Below, in pieces: positions 1 to 9,199 of a stretch of 25,880 nt of DNA. Origin of the DNA: a virus (taxonomy: Duplodnaviria; Caudoviricetes); the IMG/VR virus record IMGVR_UViG_3300030376_007868, positions 1 to 25,880 of that record; one strand, given 5' to 3'. The number at the start of each line of letters is the position of its first letter. The first letter of the stretch is position 1. Below the pieces are notes generated by a model, which was not told the DNA's origin, did no database searches, and saw only the letters and a list, made by a program, of their open reading frames with translations. The translations under genes and the position numbers were made by a program.

Positions 1-699
1 CAATTACAGAATAGAGTGGTACTTAAAAACGGTATAAAATATCCTGGTAATGAACACATGGGAGCATTTGGTTGTGACTCTTATGATATATCAGGGACTG
101 TAGATGGAGAAGGTTCTAAAGGAGCATTACATGGCTTAACCAGGTTTAGTATGGAGGACGCTCCTGCGAATAGCTTTTTTTTAGAGTACTTATCAAGACC
201 ACCTACAGCTGAAATATTCTTTGAAGATGTTTTAATGGCGTTAGTATTTTATGGTATGCCAATATTAGCAGAGAACAACAAACCACGTCTTTTGTATTAT
301 TTAAGACGTAGGGGTTATAGAGGTTTTAGTATGAATAGACCTGATAAATCATGGAACAAATTATCTGTAGCAGAAAAAGAAGTAGGTGGTATACCAAACT
401 CTAGCGAAGACATAAAACAAGCTCACGCAGCCGCTATAGAAATGTACATACAAGATCACGTTGGTATAAGACAAGATGGTAGTCACGGTGATTTATATTT
501 TAACTCACTTTTAAACGACTGGGCTAAGTTTGATATAAATAAAAGAACAAAGTTTGATGCGTCAATAAGTTCTGGGCTAGCTATTATGGCTAACAATAGA
601 CATTTATATGCACCAAACTCTAAGGTTGAAAAACCTAAACTAAATATAAATATTTCCAAGTATAGTAATACTGGGACTAATTCACAAATAATAAAATAA
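1..699 (+). CDS. terL: Terminase large subunit, C-terminal nuclease region (5' truncated by window)
   Basis: Frame is open from base 1 (QLQNRVVLKNG...), so the ORF-track start at 16 is not the real start. Shows an RNase H-like TerL pattern (AFGCDSYD, FFLEYLSRP, ILAENNKP, KFDASISSGLA) and lies directly upstream of the portal. Confidence 0.85.
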   Translation, partial: QLQNRVVLKNGIKYPGNEHMGAFGCDSYDISGTVDGEGSKGALHGLTRFSMEDAPANSFFLEYLSRPPTAEIFFEDVLMALVFYGMPILAENNKPRLLYYLRRRGYRGFSMNRPDKSWNKLSVAEKEVGGIPNSSEDIKQAHAAAIEMYIQDHVGIRQDGSHGDLYFNSLLNDWAKFDINKRTKFDASISSGLAIMANNRHLYAPNSKVEKPKLNINISKYSNTGTNSQIIK

Positions 700-701
700 A
701 T

Positions 702-3116
702 ATGGCATATTCTAGTAAAAGTTATTTTCCAAGTCAAGCGGTGAGTGACGCTGAAAAGCTAAGCTACGATTATGGTTTAAAAATAGCTAAGGCTATAGAA
801 ACAGAATGGTTTAATGAGGAAAGAAGTTCTAATAGGTACATGTCTAACATTAAAGATTTTCATAATTTAAGATTGTACGCTAGAGGTGAGCAATCTATAC
901 AAAAATATAAGGATGAGTTATCTATAAACGGTGATTTGTCCTATTTAAATTTAGACTGGAAACCTGTTCCAATTATATCTAAGTTTGTAGATATAGTTGT
1001 TAATGGTATTGCTGAGAGAACATATGATATAAAAGCTTTTGCTCAAGATCCATTTAGTATAACAGAAAGAACTGAGTACATGGAGGCTATAATGGAAGAC
1101 ATGGAGATGAAGCAGTTTGATGCTGAAGTAGCTAGTGATTATGGTATAGATATGAGAAGCACAGAGGTAGAGCTACCAGACTCACCTGAAGAATTACAAC
1201 TTCACATGCAGTTGAATTACAAACAAGCCGTAGAACTAGCTGAAGAACAAGCTTTAAATGTTTTGTTTGAAGGTAACGATTACGAATCTATAAAGAAAAG
1301 ATTTTACTACGATTTAACAGTTCTAGGTATAGGTGCTGTAAAAACAAATTTTAACACATCCGAGGGCGTGACTATAGATTATGTTGATCCTGCTAATTTA
1401 GTATACTCATATACAGACTCGCCTAATTTCGATGATATATATTACGTTGGTGAAGTCAAGTCAATTCCAGTAAACGAATTAGCTAAACAATTTCCTCATT
1501 TAACAGAATCAGATCTTGAAGATATAATGAAAAACAAAAGTTATAATAGAAATAATTATAACACAAGGTATTCCGCAGACAAAGAAGATAACAACACTAT
1601 TCAAGTTTTATATTTTAATTATAAAACATATATGAATGAAGTTTATAAAGTAAAAGAAACTGGAACTGGAGCTGATAAAATTATACCTAAAGATGACTCG
1701 TTCAATCCACCTGAAGAAAAAGAAGGTGGTTATGGTAGAATGCTTAGATCTATAGAGTGTCTATATGAAGGCGCTTTAATATTGGGTACAAATAAGTTGC
1801 TTAAATATGAAATGGCTAAAAACATGATGAGGCCCAAAAGTGATTACACTAAAGTAAAAATGAATTATGCTATTGTAGCTCCTCGTATGTATGATGGTAA
1901 AATAGATTCGTTAGTAAAACGTATAACTGGTTTTGCAGACATGATACAACTTACGCATTTAAAATTACAACAAGTAATGTCGCGCATGGTACCTGATGGT
2001 GTCTACTTAGATGCTGATGGCTTAGCAGAAGTTGATTTAGGCAATGGAACAAATTACAATCCACAAGAAGCTTTAAACATGTTCTTCCAAACTGGTTCTG
2101 TTATAGGTAGATCGTTTACTCAAGATGGTGATATGAATCCTGGTAAAGTACCTATTAAAGAAATAACATCTGGTAGCGGAGGTAATAAAATGCAAGCTCT
2201 TATAGGTAATTACAATTATTATTTACAAATGATAAGAGATGTAACCGGACTTAACGAAGCTAGAGACGGTAGTATGCCAGACAAAAACGCTTTAGTCGGT
2301 GTACAAAAATTAGCAGCTGCAAATAGCAACACGGCAACAAGGCATATATTGCAAGCAGGATTATATTTAACATCCGAAACAGCCGAGTGCTTATCTCTTA
2401 GAATATCAGATGTCATAGAATACTCTCCAACTAAAGATGCTTTTATTCAAGCTATTGGTGTGCATAACGTTGCTACATTAAAAGAAATTTCTAATTTACA
2501 TTTGTATGATTTTGGAATATTTTTAGAGCTACAACCTGATGAAGAAGAAAAAGCTATTTTAGAAAACAATATTCAAATGGCGCTTCAACAAAAAACAATA
2601 GATTTAGAAGATGCTATTGATCTTAGAGATATAAGAAGTGTTAAGCTAGCTAATCAACTTTTAAAAATACGAAGAAAGAAAAAAGAAGACAAAGATAGAG
2701 CGTTGCAAATGCAAAACATACAAGCGCAGACTCAATCTAACACTCAAGCGGCTCAAGCTGCTGCCCAAGCTGATATTCAAAAAAACCAAGCTTTAAATGC
2801 TAGTAAAGCAGAGTTACTACAAATAGAAGCTCAAATAAATGCTCAAAAAATGCAACAAGAAGTTGAAATGAAAAAAGAATTAATGGCTTTAGAGTTTCAG
2901 TATAACATGCAGTTAAAAGGTGTTGAGGTTGATGGGATAAAAGAAAGGGAAAAACAAAAAGAAGATCGTAAAGACGAAAGAACAAAAATACAAGCTACAC
3001 AGCAATCAGAAATGATTGATCAAAGAAATAGTGGAAAACCACCTAAAAACTTTGAGTCCGCAGGTAATGATACCTTAGGCGGAGGATTTGATTTAGGCTC
3101 GTTTGAACCTAGATAA
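702..3116 (+). CDS. Portal protein (804 aa, crAss-like/Flavobacteria podophage type)
   Basis: Follows terL. Has the LNLDWKPVPIISKFVDIVVNG and IRDVTGLNEARDG motifs I recognise from portals of this phage group, and a long Q/A/E/K-rich C-terminal coiled coil like a P22-type portal barrel. Confidence 0.88.
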   Translation: MAYSSKSYFPSQAVSDAEKLSYDYGLKIAKAIETEWFNEERSSNRYMSNIKDFHNLRLYARGEQSIQKYKDELSINGDLSYLNLDWKPVPIISKFVDIVVNGIAERTYDIKAFAQDPFSITERTEYMEAIMEDMEMKQFDAEVASDYGIDMRSTEVELPDSPEELQLHMQLNYKQAVELAEEQALNVLFEGNDYESIKKRFYYDLTVLGIGAVKTNFNTSEGVTIDYVDPANLVYSYTDSPNFDDIYYVGEVKSIPVNELAKQFPHLTESDLEDIMKNKSYNRNNYNTRYSADKEDNNTIQVLYFNYKTYMNEVYKVKETGTGADKIIPKDDSFNPPEEKEGGYGRMLRSIECLYEGALILGTNKLLKYEMAKNMMRPKSDYTKVKMNYAIVAPRMYDGKIDSLVKRITGFADMIQLTHLKLQQVMSRMVPDGVYLDADGLAEVDLGNGTNYNPQEALNMFFQTGSVIGRSFTQDGDMNPGKVPIKEITSGSGGNKMQALIGNYNYYLQMIRDVTGLNEARDGSMPDKNALVGVQKLAAANSNTATRHILQAGLYLTSETAECLSLRISDVIEYSPTKDAFIQAIGVHNVATLKEISNLHLYDFGIFLELQPDEEEKAILENNIQMALQQKTIDLEDAIDLRDIRSVKLANQLLKIRRKKKEDKDRALQMQNIQAQTQSNTQAAQAAAQADIQKNQALNASKAELLQIEAQINAQKMQQEVEMKKELMALEFQYNMQLKGVEVDGIKEREKQKEDRKDERTKIQATQQSEMIDQRNSGKPPKNFESAGNDTLGGGFDLGSFEPR

Positions 3117-3143
3117 ATTTATTAATTATTATTATATTATATT

Positions 3144-4355
3144 ATGGAAGAAAACAAAGAAAACGTAGTCGAAGAGACTACACAGCAAAACCAACAAGAT
3201 CCAGGTGATGAAAACGTGGTAAAAGTTGATGAAAGTAAATTTGAATCTGCTAAAGACGACAGTGTTGTAAAAGTAGATTTAAGTAAACCACCAACACCAA
3301 AAGAAGAAAAAAATGAAACTAAAGAAGATAACGCTGACAACAGCGGAGTGGTTACAGAGCCTGAAAATGCCGAGCCCACACAAAAACAAAAAGAAGTACA
3401 ACCGGAAGCAGAAACACAAGAAGCTCCAGTATTAGAAGAAATTACTGAAGATTCTACAGAGGAAGAAGTTGCAGAAGCGGAAGAAAAAATTGAAGAGGCT
3501 GTTGCTGAGGCTGAGGCTACTGGAAAACCATTACCAGAAAATATCCAAAAGCTTATGGATTTTATGGAAGAAACTGGTGGTGATTTAAATGACTATGTAA
3601 AGCTTAATCAAGACTATTCAAAATTAGATGATCAAAATCTATTATATGAATACTACAAGCAAACCAAACCTCATTTAAATAATGAAGAAATTAACTTCCT
3701 TATGGAAGATTCGTTCTCTTACGACGAAGAAGAAGATGAAGAAAGAGATATACGAAGAAAAAAATTAGCGTTAAAAGAGCAAGTTGCCAACGCTAGAGCC
3801 CATCTGGACGGGCAAAAGTCCAAATACTATGAAGATATTAAAGCTGGAAGTAAGCTCACAACAGAGCAGCAAAAAGCTGTAGATTTCTTTAATAGATACA
3901 ACAAAGAGTCAGAAGCAACTCAAAAAACAGTTAAAAAGAACACTGATATTTTTACACAGAAAACTAATCAAGTTTTTAACGACAAGTTCAAAGGTTTTGA
4001 ATATAACGTCGGTGATAAGAAATACAGGTTTAACGTAAACAATGCTGAAGAGGTTAAAAATACTCAGAGCGACATAAGCAATTTTACCAAAAAGTTTTTG
4101 GATAAGAACTCTGCTTTAACAGACGCTAAGGGTTATCATAAATCTTTATACACAGCAATGAATGCAGACGCTGTTGCAAAACACTTTTACGAACAAGGTA
4201 AAGCTGACGCTATGAAAGATAGTGTTGCTAAATCTAAAAATGTAGATATGAATCCACGACAAAGTCATGGAAAAATTGAAGCAGGAGGTATGAAGTTTAA
4301 AGTGTTAGGTAGTGATTCTTCTGATTTGAAGTTTAAAATTAAAAACAATAAATAA
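3144..4355 (+). CDS. Putative capsid scaffolding/assembly protein (403 aa, very acidic)
   Basis: Lies between portal and MCP. E/D-rich, probably disordered N-half and helical C-half. Internal duplication DENVVKVDESK / DDSVVKVDLSK. Confidence 0.65.
   Translation: MEENKENVVEETTQQNQQDPGDENVVKVDESKFESAKDDSVVKVDLSKPPTPKEEKNETKEDNADNSGVVTEPENAEPTQKQKEVQPEAETQEAPVLEEITEDSTEEEVAEAEEKIEEAVAEAEATGKPLPENIQKLMDFMEETGGDLNDYVKLNQDYSKLDDQNLLYEYYKQTKPHLNNEEINFLMEDSFSYDEEEDEERDIRRKKLALKEQVANARAHLDGQKSKYYEDIKAGSKLTTEQQKAVDFFNRYNKESEATQKTVKKNTDIFTQKTNQVFNDKFKGFEYNVGDKKYRFNVNNAEEVKNTQSDISNFTKKFLDKNSALTDAKGYHKSLYTAMNADAVAKHFYEQGKADAMKDSVAKSKNVDMNPRQSHGKIEAGGMKFKVLGSDSSDLKFKIKNNK
3313..3435 (+). CDS. Overprinted small basic protein (40 aa) in the +1 frame of the scaffold gene, ArfA-like C-terminal motif
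   Basis: ATG 3313 to TAG 3435 translates MKLKKITLTTAEWLQSLKMPSPHKNKKKYNRKQKHKKLQY. A-rich leader (aagaagaaaaaaATG). KNKKKYNRKQKH resembles the KNKKGKGSYMRKGKH segment of E. coli ArfA. Confidence 0.55.
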   Translation: MKLKKITLTTAEWLQSLKMPSPHKNKKKYNRKQKHKKLQY

Positions 4356-4375
4356 CAATTTAAAATTACAAAATT

Positions 4376-5842
4376 ATGGCAATTACTGCAGGAGGTAGTT
4401 TAAATAGTGTACCTGCTCCACAGCAGCAAACACTATCTACAAACTACGTAGATTTTACGTCCACTTCAACTGAAGGTTGGGCACAACAGTACTTACCTGA
4501 GTTAATGGAAAAAGAGGCTGAGGTTTTTGGACCTAGAACAATCTCTGGTTTCCTTAATCAAGTAGGTGCAGAAGAAGCAATGACTTCTGACCGAGTTATA
4601 TGGTCTGAGCAATCAAGATTACATATAACTTTAACTGGTACTATAGATTTAGATGGTAACGTATCTTCATCTGGTGCAAAAGGTAAGTTTACAAGTGTTA
4701 AAGATGTAGACGGTAACGCGATTACAACTACACACGGTGTTCGTAATCATGACCTTTGTTTACTTTCAACTCCAGGTAAAGTATCTAGAGTTTTAGTTGT
4801 CGCTGTTGACGGCGCTGCTATTGGTATTAGAGCTTACGACGAAGATGTTTTAACTGGTCACTCTGAAACAGCTGAAGCTGCTACTTTATTAGTTATCGGT
4901 TCTGAATTTAAGAAAGGTGATAACTACGATGGTACAACTACAAGAGGCGCTAACGAGCCTGACTTTAAAACTTTCACCAACAAACCTATTATCATGAAAG
5001 ATTACTACGAAGTATCTGGATCTGATGCTGGTAGAATTGGTTGGGTTGAAGTTTCTTCTGAAGGCGGTGCTTCTGGGTACTTATGGTACTTAAAAGCTGA
5101 AGCTGACACAAGAGCTCGTTTTACTGATTACTTAGAAATGGCAATGCTTGAGTCTATTCCAGGTTCTAATTCAACTAATGTTGATGGTGAACTAGGTTTA
5201 TCTCCAGAAAGCGATGCTGGTACTGAAGGTTTATTCTACGCTATTGAGCAAAGAGGTAACGTTACTACTGGTGTTACTGGTACTAACGCTGCTACTGATT
5301 TAGCTGAATTTGACGCTATTTTAGCTGAGTTTGATAAGCAAGGTGCTATTGAAGAAAATATGATGTTCGTAAACAGAGCTACTAGTTTAGCTATGGATGA
5401 CATGTTAGCTTCTATGAATTCTTACGGAGCTGGTGGTACTTCTTACGGGGTATTTGATAACTCTGAAGATATGGCATTAAATTTAGGTTTCTCTGGTTTC
5501 AGAAGAGGTTCTTATGACTTCTATAAGTCTGACTTCAGATACTTAAATGACAAAGCTACAAGAGGTGGTATTAATGCAACTGCTGGATCTGAAGCGTTAA
5601 GAGGTGTTATTATACCAGCTGGTTCTTCTTCAGTTTACGATCAAACTGTTGGATCAGCTGTTAGACGTCCTTTCTTACACGTTAGATATAGAGCTTCACA
5701 AACTGATGACCGAAGAATGAAAACTTGGGTTACTGGTTCTGTTGGCGCTGCTACATCTGCTTTAGATGTAATGCAGATACATATGTTATCAGAAAGATGT
5801 TTAGTTACTCAAGGTGCTAATAACTTTATGTTAATGAAGTAA
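4376..5842 (+). CDS. Major capsid protein (488 aa)
   Basis: Synteny (portal-scaffold-MCP-terminator). Strong T/A-ending codon bias (GCT, GGT, ACT, TCT) as expected for a highly expressed gene. WAQQYLPEL...RTISGFL and LNLGFSGFRRGSYDFYK motifs recognised from this MCP family. Confidence 0.88.
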   Translation: MAITAGGSLNSVPAPQQQTLSTNYVDFTSTSTEGWAQQYLPELMEKEAEVFGPRTISGFLNQVGAEEAMTSDRVIWSEQSRLHITLTGTIDLDGNVSSSGAKGKFTSVKDVDGNAITTTHGVRNHDLCLLSTPGKVSRVLVVAVDGAAIGIRAYDEDVLTGHSETAEAATLLVIGSEFKKGDNYDGTTTRGANEPDFKTFTNKPIIMKDYYEVSGSDAGRIGWVEVSSEGGASGYLWYLKAEADTRARFTDYLEMAMLESIPGSNSTNVDGELGLSPESDAGTEGLFYAIEQRGNVTTGVTGTNAATDLAEFDAILAEFDKQGAIEENMMFVNRATSLAMDDMLASMNSYGAGGTSYGVFDNSEDMALNLGFSGFRRGSYDFYKSDFRYLNDKATRGGINATAGSEALRGVIIPAGSSSVYDQTVGSAVRRPFLHVRYRASQTDDRRMKTWVTGSVGAATSALDVMQIHMLSERCLVTQGANNFMLMK

Positions 5843-5853
5843 GCATTTTTATA

Positions 5854-5890
5854 AAAAGACCGGGGCTTCGGCCTCGGCCTTTTATTTTAT
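5854..5890 (+). terminator. Intrinsic terminator after MCP
   Basis: Stem CCGGGGC (5860-5866), TTCG loop, GCCTCGG (5871-5877, one G-U pair), extended by AAAAG/CTTTT and followed by a T-rich tract. Confidence 0.88.
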
Positions 5891-5912
5891 TAATTTTATT
5901 ATATATTATATT

Positions 5913-6734
5913 ATGGCAAAAAAACAAGAAACAAAAAAAGAGGTAGAGGTACCTGTTGTTGAAACACCAGTTGTTGAAGCACCAAAACCTAAAAAAGTTG
6001 AAATTAAAAAACCAACCTGGGAAATAAAAGATAGAGTTTACTATCTAACTAGAAAAAGAAAACCTTTATCTTACATGGTTAGATCTGCTGGTATATATTT
6101 CTTTGACGAAAGCTTAGGCTATGAAAGAGAACTTAAGTATTGTCAAAATCAAAAAACTCCTTTTGTAGACGAAATGAAAGGCGATCAAAGATTGGAACAT
6201 ATTATTTTTAGAAACGGAGCACTTCACGTTCCAAGAAACAAGCAAACTTTACAAAAGTTATTGTCTTTATATCACCCTCAAAGAAATGTATTATTCGAAG
6301 AGTGGCAACCAGAAGTGGCAGCTGCTGATGATTTAGAAATTTTAGAACTAGAATTAGAAGCATTAAATATAGCTAAAAATATAGATATTGATTTAGCAGA
6401 AGCTATTATGCGTGTAGAATATGGCTCTAGAGTATCTAACATGAGCTCTAAAGAACTTAAAAGAGACTTGTTACTATACGCTAAAAATAATCCTATTTTG
6501 TTCTTAGAACTAGCTTCTGATGATAATGTTCAACTTAGAAACTTTGGTATTAAAGCTGTTGAATTAGGTGTGTTAAAATTATCTCAAGATAATCGTAATT
6601 TTTTATGGGCTTCTAATGATAGAAAATTAATGACAGTGCCTTTTGACGAGCATCCGTACACCGCTTTAGCACATTGGTTTAAAACTGATGAAGGTATGGA
6701 GATATATTCAAATATTGAAAAAAGATTAAATTAA
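5913..6734 (+). CDS. Conserved hypothetical virion-module protein (273 aa)
   Basis: Long ORF directly after the MCP terminator. K/E/P/V low-complexity N-terminus with a PVVET/PVVEA tandem, then a globular region. Function not assignable from sequence. Confidence 0.7.
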   Translation: MAKKQETKKEVEVPVVETPVVEAPKPKKVEIKKPTWEIKDRVYYLTRKRKPLSYMVRSAGIYFFDESLGYERELKYCQNQKTPFVDEMKGDQRLEHIIFRNGALHVPRNKQTLQKLLSLYHPQRNVLFEEWQPEVAAADDLEILELELEALNIAKNIDIDLAEAIMRVEYGSRVSNMSSKELKRDLLLYAKNNPILFLELASDDNVQLRNFGIKAVELGVLKLSQDNRNFLWASNDRKLMTVPFDEHPYTALAHWFKTDEGMEIYSNIEKRLN

Positions 6735-6740
6735 TCTAAC

Positions 6741-6779
6741 TGTAGATGCAGTCGCTCTACGGGGCGATTGCAAACTACA
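6741..6779 (+). promoter_or_regulatory. Stable intergenic RNA hairpin with a C(UACG)G tetraloop, no U-tract
   Basis: TGCAGTCGCTC (6747-6757), TACG loop, GGGCGATTGCA (6762-6772): 11 bp with two G-U pairs, plus an outer TGTAG/CTACA stem. Confidence 0.7.
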
Positions 6780-6793
6780 AACAAAATACAATT

Positions 6794-6979
6794 ATGAGAG
6801 GAAATTTGCAAAACTACACTAGAAAATCTAGGGGACTAGGAGATACAATACATAAATTTACAACAGCAACTGGTTTGAGCAGCTTGGCTCAATTGGGAGC
6901 AAAGGCAGTAGGCAAAAAAGATTGTGGCTGTAAAAAAAGACAAGAAGCTTTAAACAAAGCTTTTCCTTATAAAAAATAA
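6794..6979 (+). CDS. Small basic protein with GLGDT...DCGC motif (61 aa)
   Basis: MRGNLQNYTRKSRGLGDTIHKFTTATG...KDCGCKKRQEALNKAFPYKK. Start moved from 6746 (inside the hairpin) to ATG 6794, which has the A-rich ...acaattATG context seen at other genes. Confidence 0.75.
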   Translation: MRGNLQNYTRKSRGLGDTIHKFTTATGLSSLAQLGAKAVGKKDCGCKKRQEALNKAFPYKK

Positions 6980-6984
6980 CAAAG

Positions 6985-7737
6985 ATGATAAGTATAGATA
7001 CGGTATATCAAAGAGTTTTAGCTTTAGCTAATAAAGAGCAAAGAGGTTATATAACTCCTTTAGAGTTTAATCTTTTAGCTAACCAAGCACAACAACTTAT
7101 ATTTGAGCAGTATTTTTATGACTTAGATGAAGCAAAGAAACTAGATACTGATACAACCTCTGTGTCAGATATGGTAGAGTTAATTGAAAGTAAATTAGCT
7201 ACTTTTACTTCACTAGCTCAAGTTAACAATGGTACGCAATACCCAACGGAAATAAATGACGTTGTTACTGGCAACCCTATACCAGTATATAGAACTGGTA
7301 GAATTTTTGTTTTAGTTGGAGGAAACGTTATTGGTAGTGCTTCTAATTACGAAGCCAAGTTGGTTGATGTTAATGAATCACGAAATTATTTAGACTCTCG
7401 TTTTCACAGGGCTGGTTTACGAAAAAACCCTATATACGTAAGAAGCAATTCGGCTGGTGGTGATATAGAAGTTTATAATCACAATGGCGTGTTAGACCAA
7501 GATGTTACTTGTGAGGTAATAGTTAGACCTGTTAAAGCTGAATGGGGCTACGACGTGATAAATGAAAGGGCTTTATACAACGCTAGTAGATCTACACTTT
7601 TTGAATTACACGAATCTGAAGAAACAGAACTAGTGCAAAAAATATTAGTATTAGCTGGTATTACTATTAATAAACCAGACTTAGCTCAAACAGCTGTTCA
7701 ATTAGAAACTTTAAAAATACAACAAGAAAAACAATAG
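6985..7737 (+). CDS. Tail ring / head-tail adaptor-like structural protein (250 aa)
   Basis: N-terminal VYQRVLALANKEQRGYITPLEFN and C-terminal FELHESEETELVQKIL helices. Position between capsid and nozzle genes. Confidence 0.65.
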   Translation: MISIDTVYQRVLALANKEQRGYITPLEFNLLANQAQQLIFEQYFYDLDEAKKLDTDTTSVSDMVELIESKLATFTSLAQVNNGTQYPTEINDVVTGNPIPVYRTGRIFVLVGGNVIGSASNYEAKLVDVNESRNYLDSRFHRAGLRKNPIYVRSNSAGGDIEVYNHNGVLDQDVTCEVIVRPVKAEWGYDVINERALYNASRSTLFELHESEETELVQKILVLAGITINKPDLAQTAVQLETLKIQQEKQ

Positions 7738-7740
7738 AAT

Positions 7741-9195
7741 ATGAATCAACATGCCTATTATAGTGGTAATGATTTTGGTGGATACCAATTTATTTCGCTA
7801 AATGAAGTTATAGATAATTTTACAGCAACTTATGTCGGTGAAGGAAAATTACTACAAAGAACGCTTAGAGCTGATGTTAGTTTTCACGCACATAGAGCAC
7901 TTCAAGAATTATCTTATGATACTTTAAAATCTTGTAAGTCACAGGAGATAGAGGTTAACCCAAGTTTAACAATGCCACTGCCTCACGACTATGTTAATTA
8001 TGTAAAATTATCTTGGGTTGATAACTCTGGAATAGAGCATATAATATATCCAACTAGTAAAACATCAAATCCTACACCTATAAGACAAAATGAAGATGGT
8101 GACTATACTTTAACCGCTGTAGGGACATTAACAGAAAATTCTCCAACTGTAGTATTAGACGGGGAATATCCAGAAATATTAGTTGGTATGCAAGTTGTAG
8201 CTCCAAGTATACCAAATGGTAATGGTAGTAGCGCTACGAGTAATGCTGGTTATTTAAGTATAACTGTTGTTGGAGCTGTTTCTAACAGTGGTGGAATTAC
8301 AACTATAACGCTACATGATGAAGTTGGCGTTGAGGTAGACGCCGATTGGGGCACTGGTACTTCTACTAACTCTCAAGAAACTTTAACATTTCTACCAACC
8401 TACATGGCTTTGCCAGCGCTTGTTCAGCCAACTACTTGGCCTAGTTCTCAAACTAATCCCCATCTAGCAAATGCTACTGGTCCTTCTGATGTATATTTAC
8501 AAGAAGAAACAAATCACATAATAGAATCTCTTAGCTGGGATACTTCAGACCCTAAAATACTAGCTGCTTCAGCCTCTGATATATCTGATATTAAAGTTGG
8601 AATGAAAGTTTCACATAAAAATTTTCCACCAGGAACTGTAGTAACAGATGTTAATGGCGCTTATATCACTGTCTCTAATACAGCTAGTGTAGCAGTCACA
8701 TCAGCAACTGGTGAAATAACATTTTCTTCAGGTGAAATAGTTTCAGATACTTTTACTAATTATAAATCTTCTATACCATCAGAAAATAACAACCAAGAAT
8801 ACGAAGACGATGTGTATTGGCCAAACGAAGGTAGAAGATATGGTTTAGATCCACAACACGCTCAGGTAAATGGTTCTTATTATATAGATTGTGCGGGTGG
8901 AAAAATTCATTTTAGCTCTAATTTATCTGGAAAAACTGTAATATTAAAGTATATAAGCGACCATCTTGGAACTGAAGAGGAGACAGTAGTTCCTAAATTA
9001 GCAGAAGAGGCTATATATAAATGGATAGCTCACGGTTGTTTATCAGCAAAAATAGGTATTCCAGAGTATGTGATAAATAGATTTAAAAAAGAAAGATTTG
9101 CTGAAACCAGAAAAGCAAAGTTAAGACTTTCTAATATTAAACTAGAAGAAATTACTCAAATATTAAGAGGTAAGTCAAAACAAATTAAACACTAA
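7741..9195 (+). CDS. Tail ring / tail tubular structural protein with internal insertion (484 aa)
   Basis: Conserved-looking ends (YQFISLNEVIDNF, RALQELSYD, LPHDYVNYVK; YISD...VPKLAEEAIY, AKLRLSNIK) flank a T/S/G/V-rich insert of about 210 aa. Confidence 0.65.
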   Translation: MNQHAYYSGNDFGGYQFISLNEVIDNFTATYVGEGKLLQRTLRADVSFHAHRALQELSYDTLKSCKSQEIEVNPSLTMPLPHDYVNYVKLSWVDNSGIEHIIYPTSKTSNPTPIRQNEDGDYTLTAVGTLTENSPTVVLDGEYPEILVGMQVVAPSIPNGNGSSATSNAGYLSITVVGAVSNSGGITTITLHDEVGVEVDADWGTGTSTNSQETLTFLPTYMALPALVQPTTWPSSQTNPHLANATGPSDVYLQEETNHIIESLSWDTSDPKILAASASDISDIKVGMKVSHKNFPPGTVVTDVNGAYITVSNTASVAVTSATGEITFSSGEIVSDTFTNYKSSIPSENNNQEYEDDVYWPNEGRRYGLDPQHAQVNGSYYIDCAGGKIHFSSNLSGKTVILKYISDHLGTEEETVVPKLAEEAIYKWIAHGCLSAKIGIPEYVINRFKKERFAETRKAKLRLSNIKLEEITQILRGKSKQIKH

Positions 9196-9199
9196 TTAA

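Noticed and set aside
6746-6793. ORF-track start at 6746
   Set aside because: This ATG is buried in the hairpin stem. ATG 6794 has the usual A-rich context.
7735-7743. TAG-AAT-ATG in-frame junction suggesting amber readthrough or code-15 recoding as in some crAss-like phages
   Set aside because: All long late genes are intact under the standard code with no internal TAG. In-frame junctions also occur with TAA at 18940 and 24607, so this is expected by chance.
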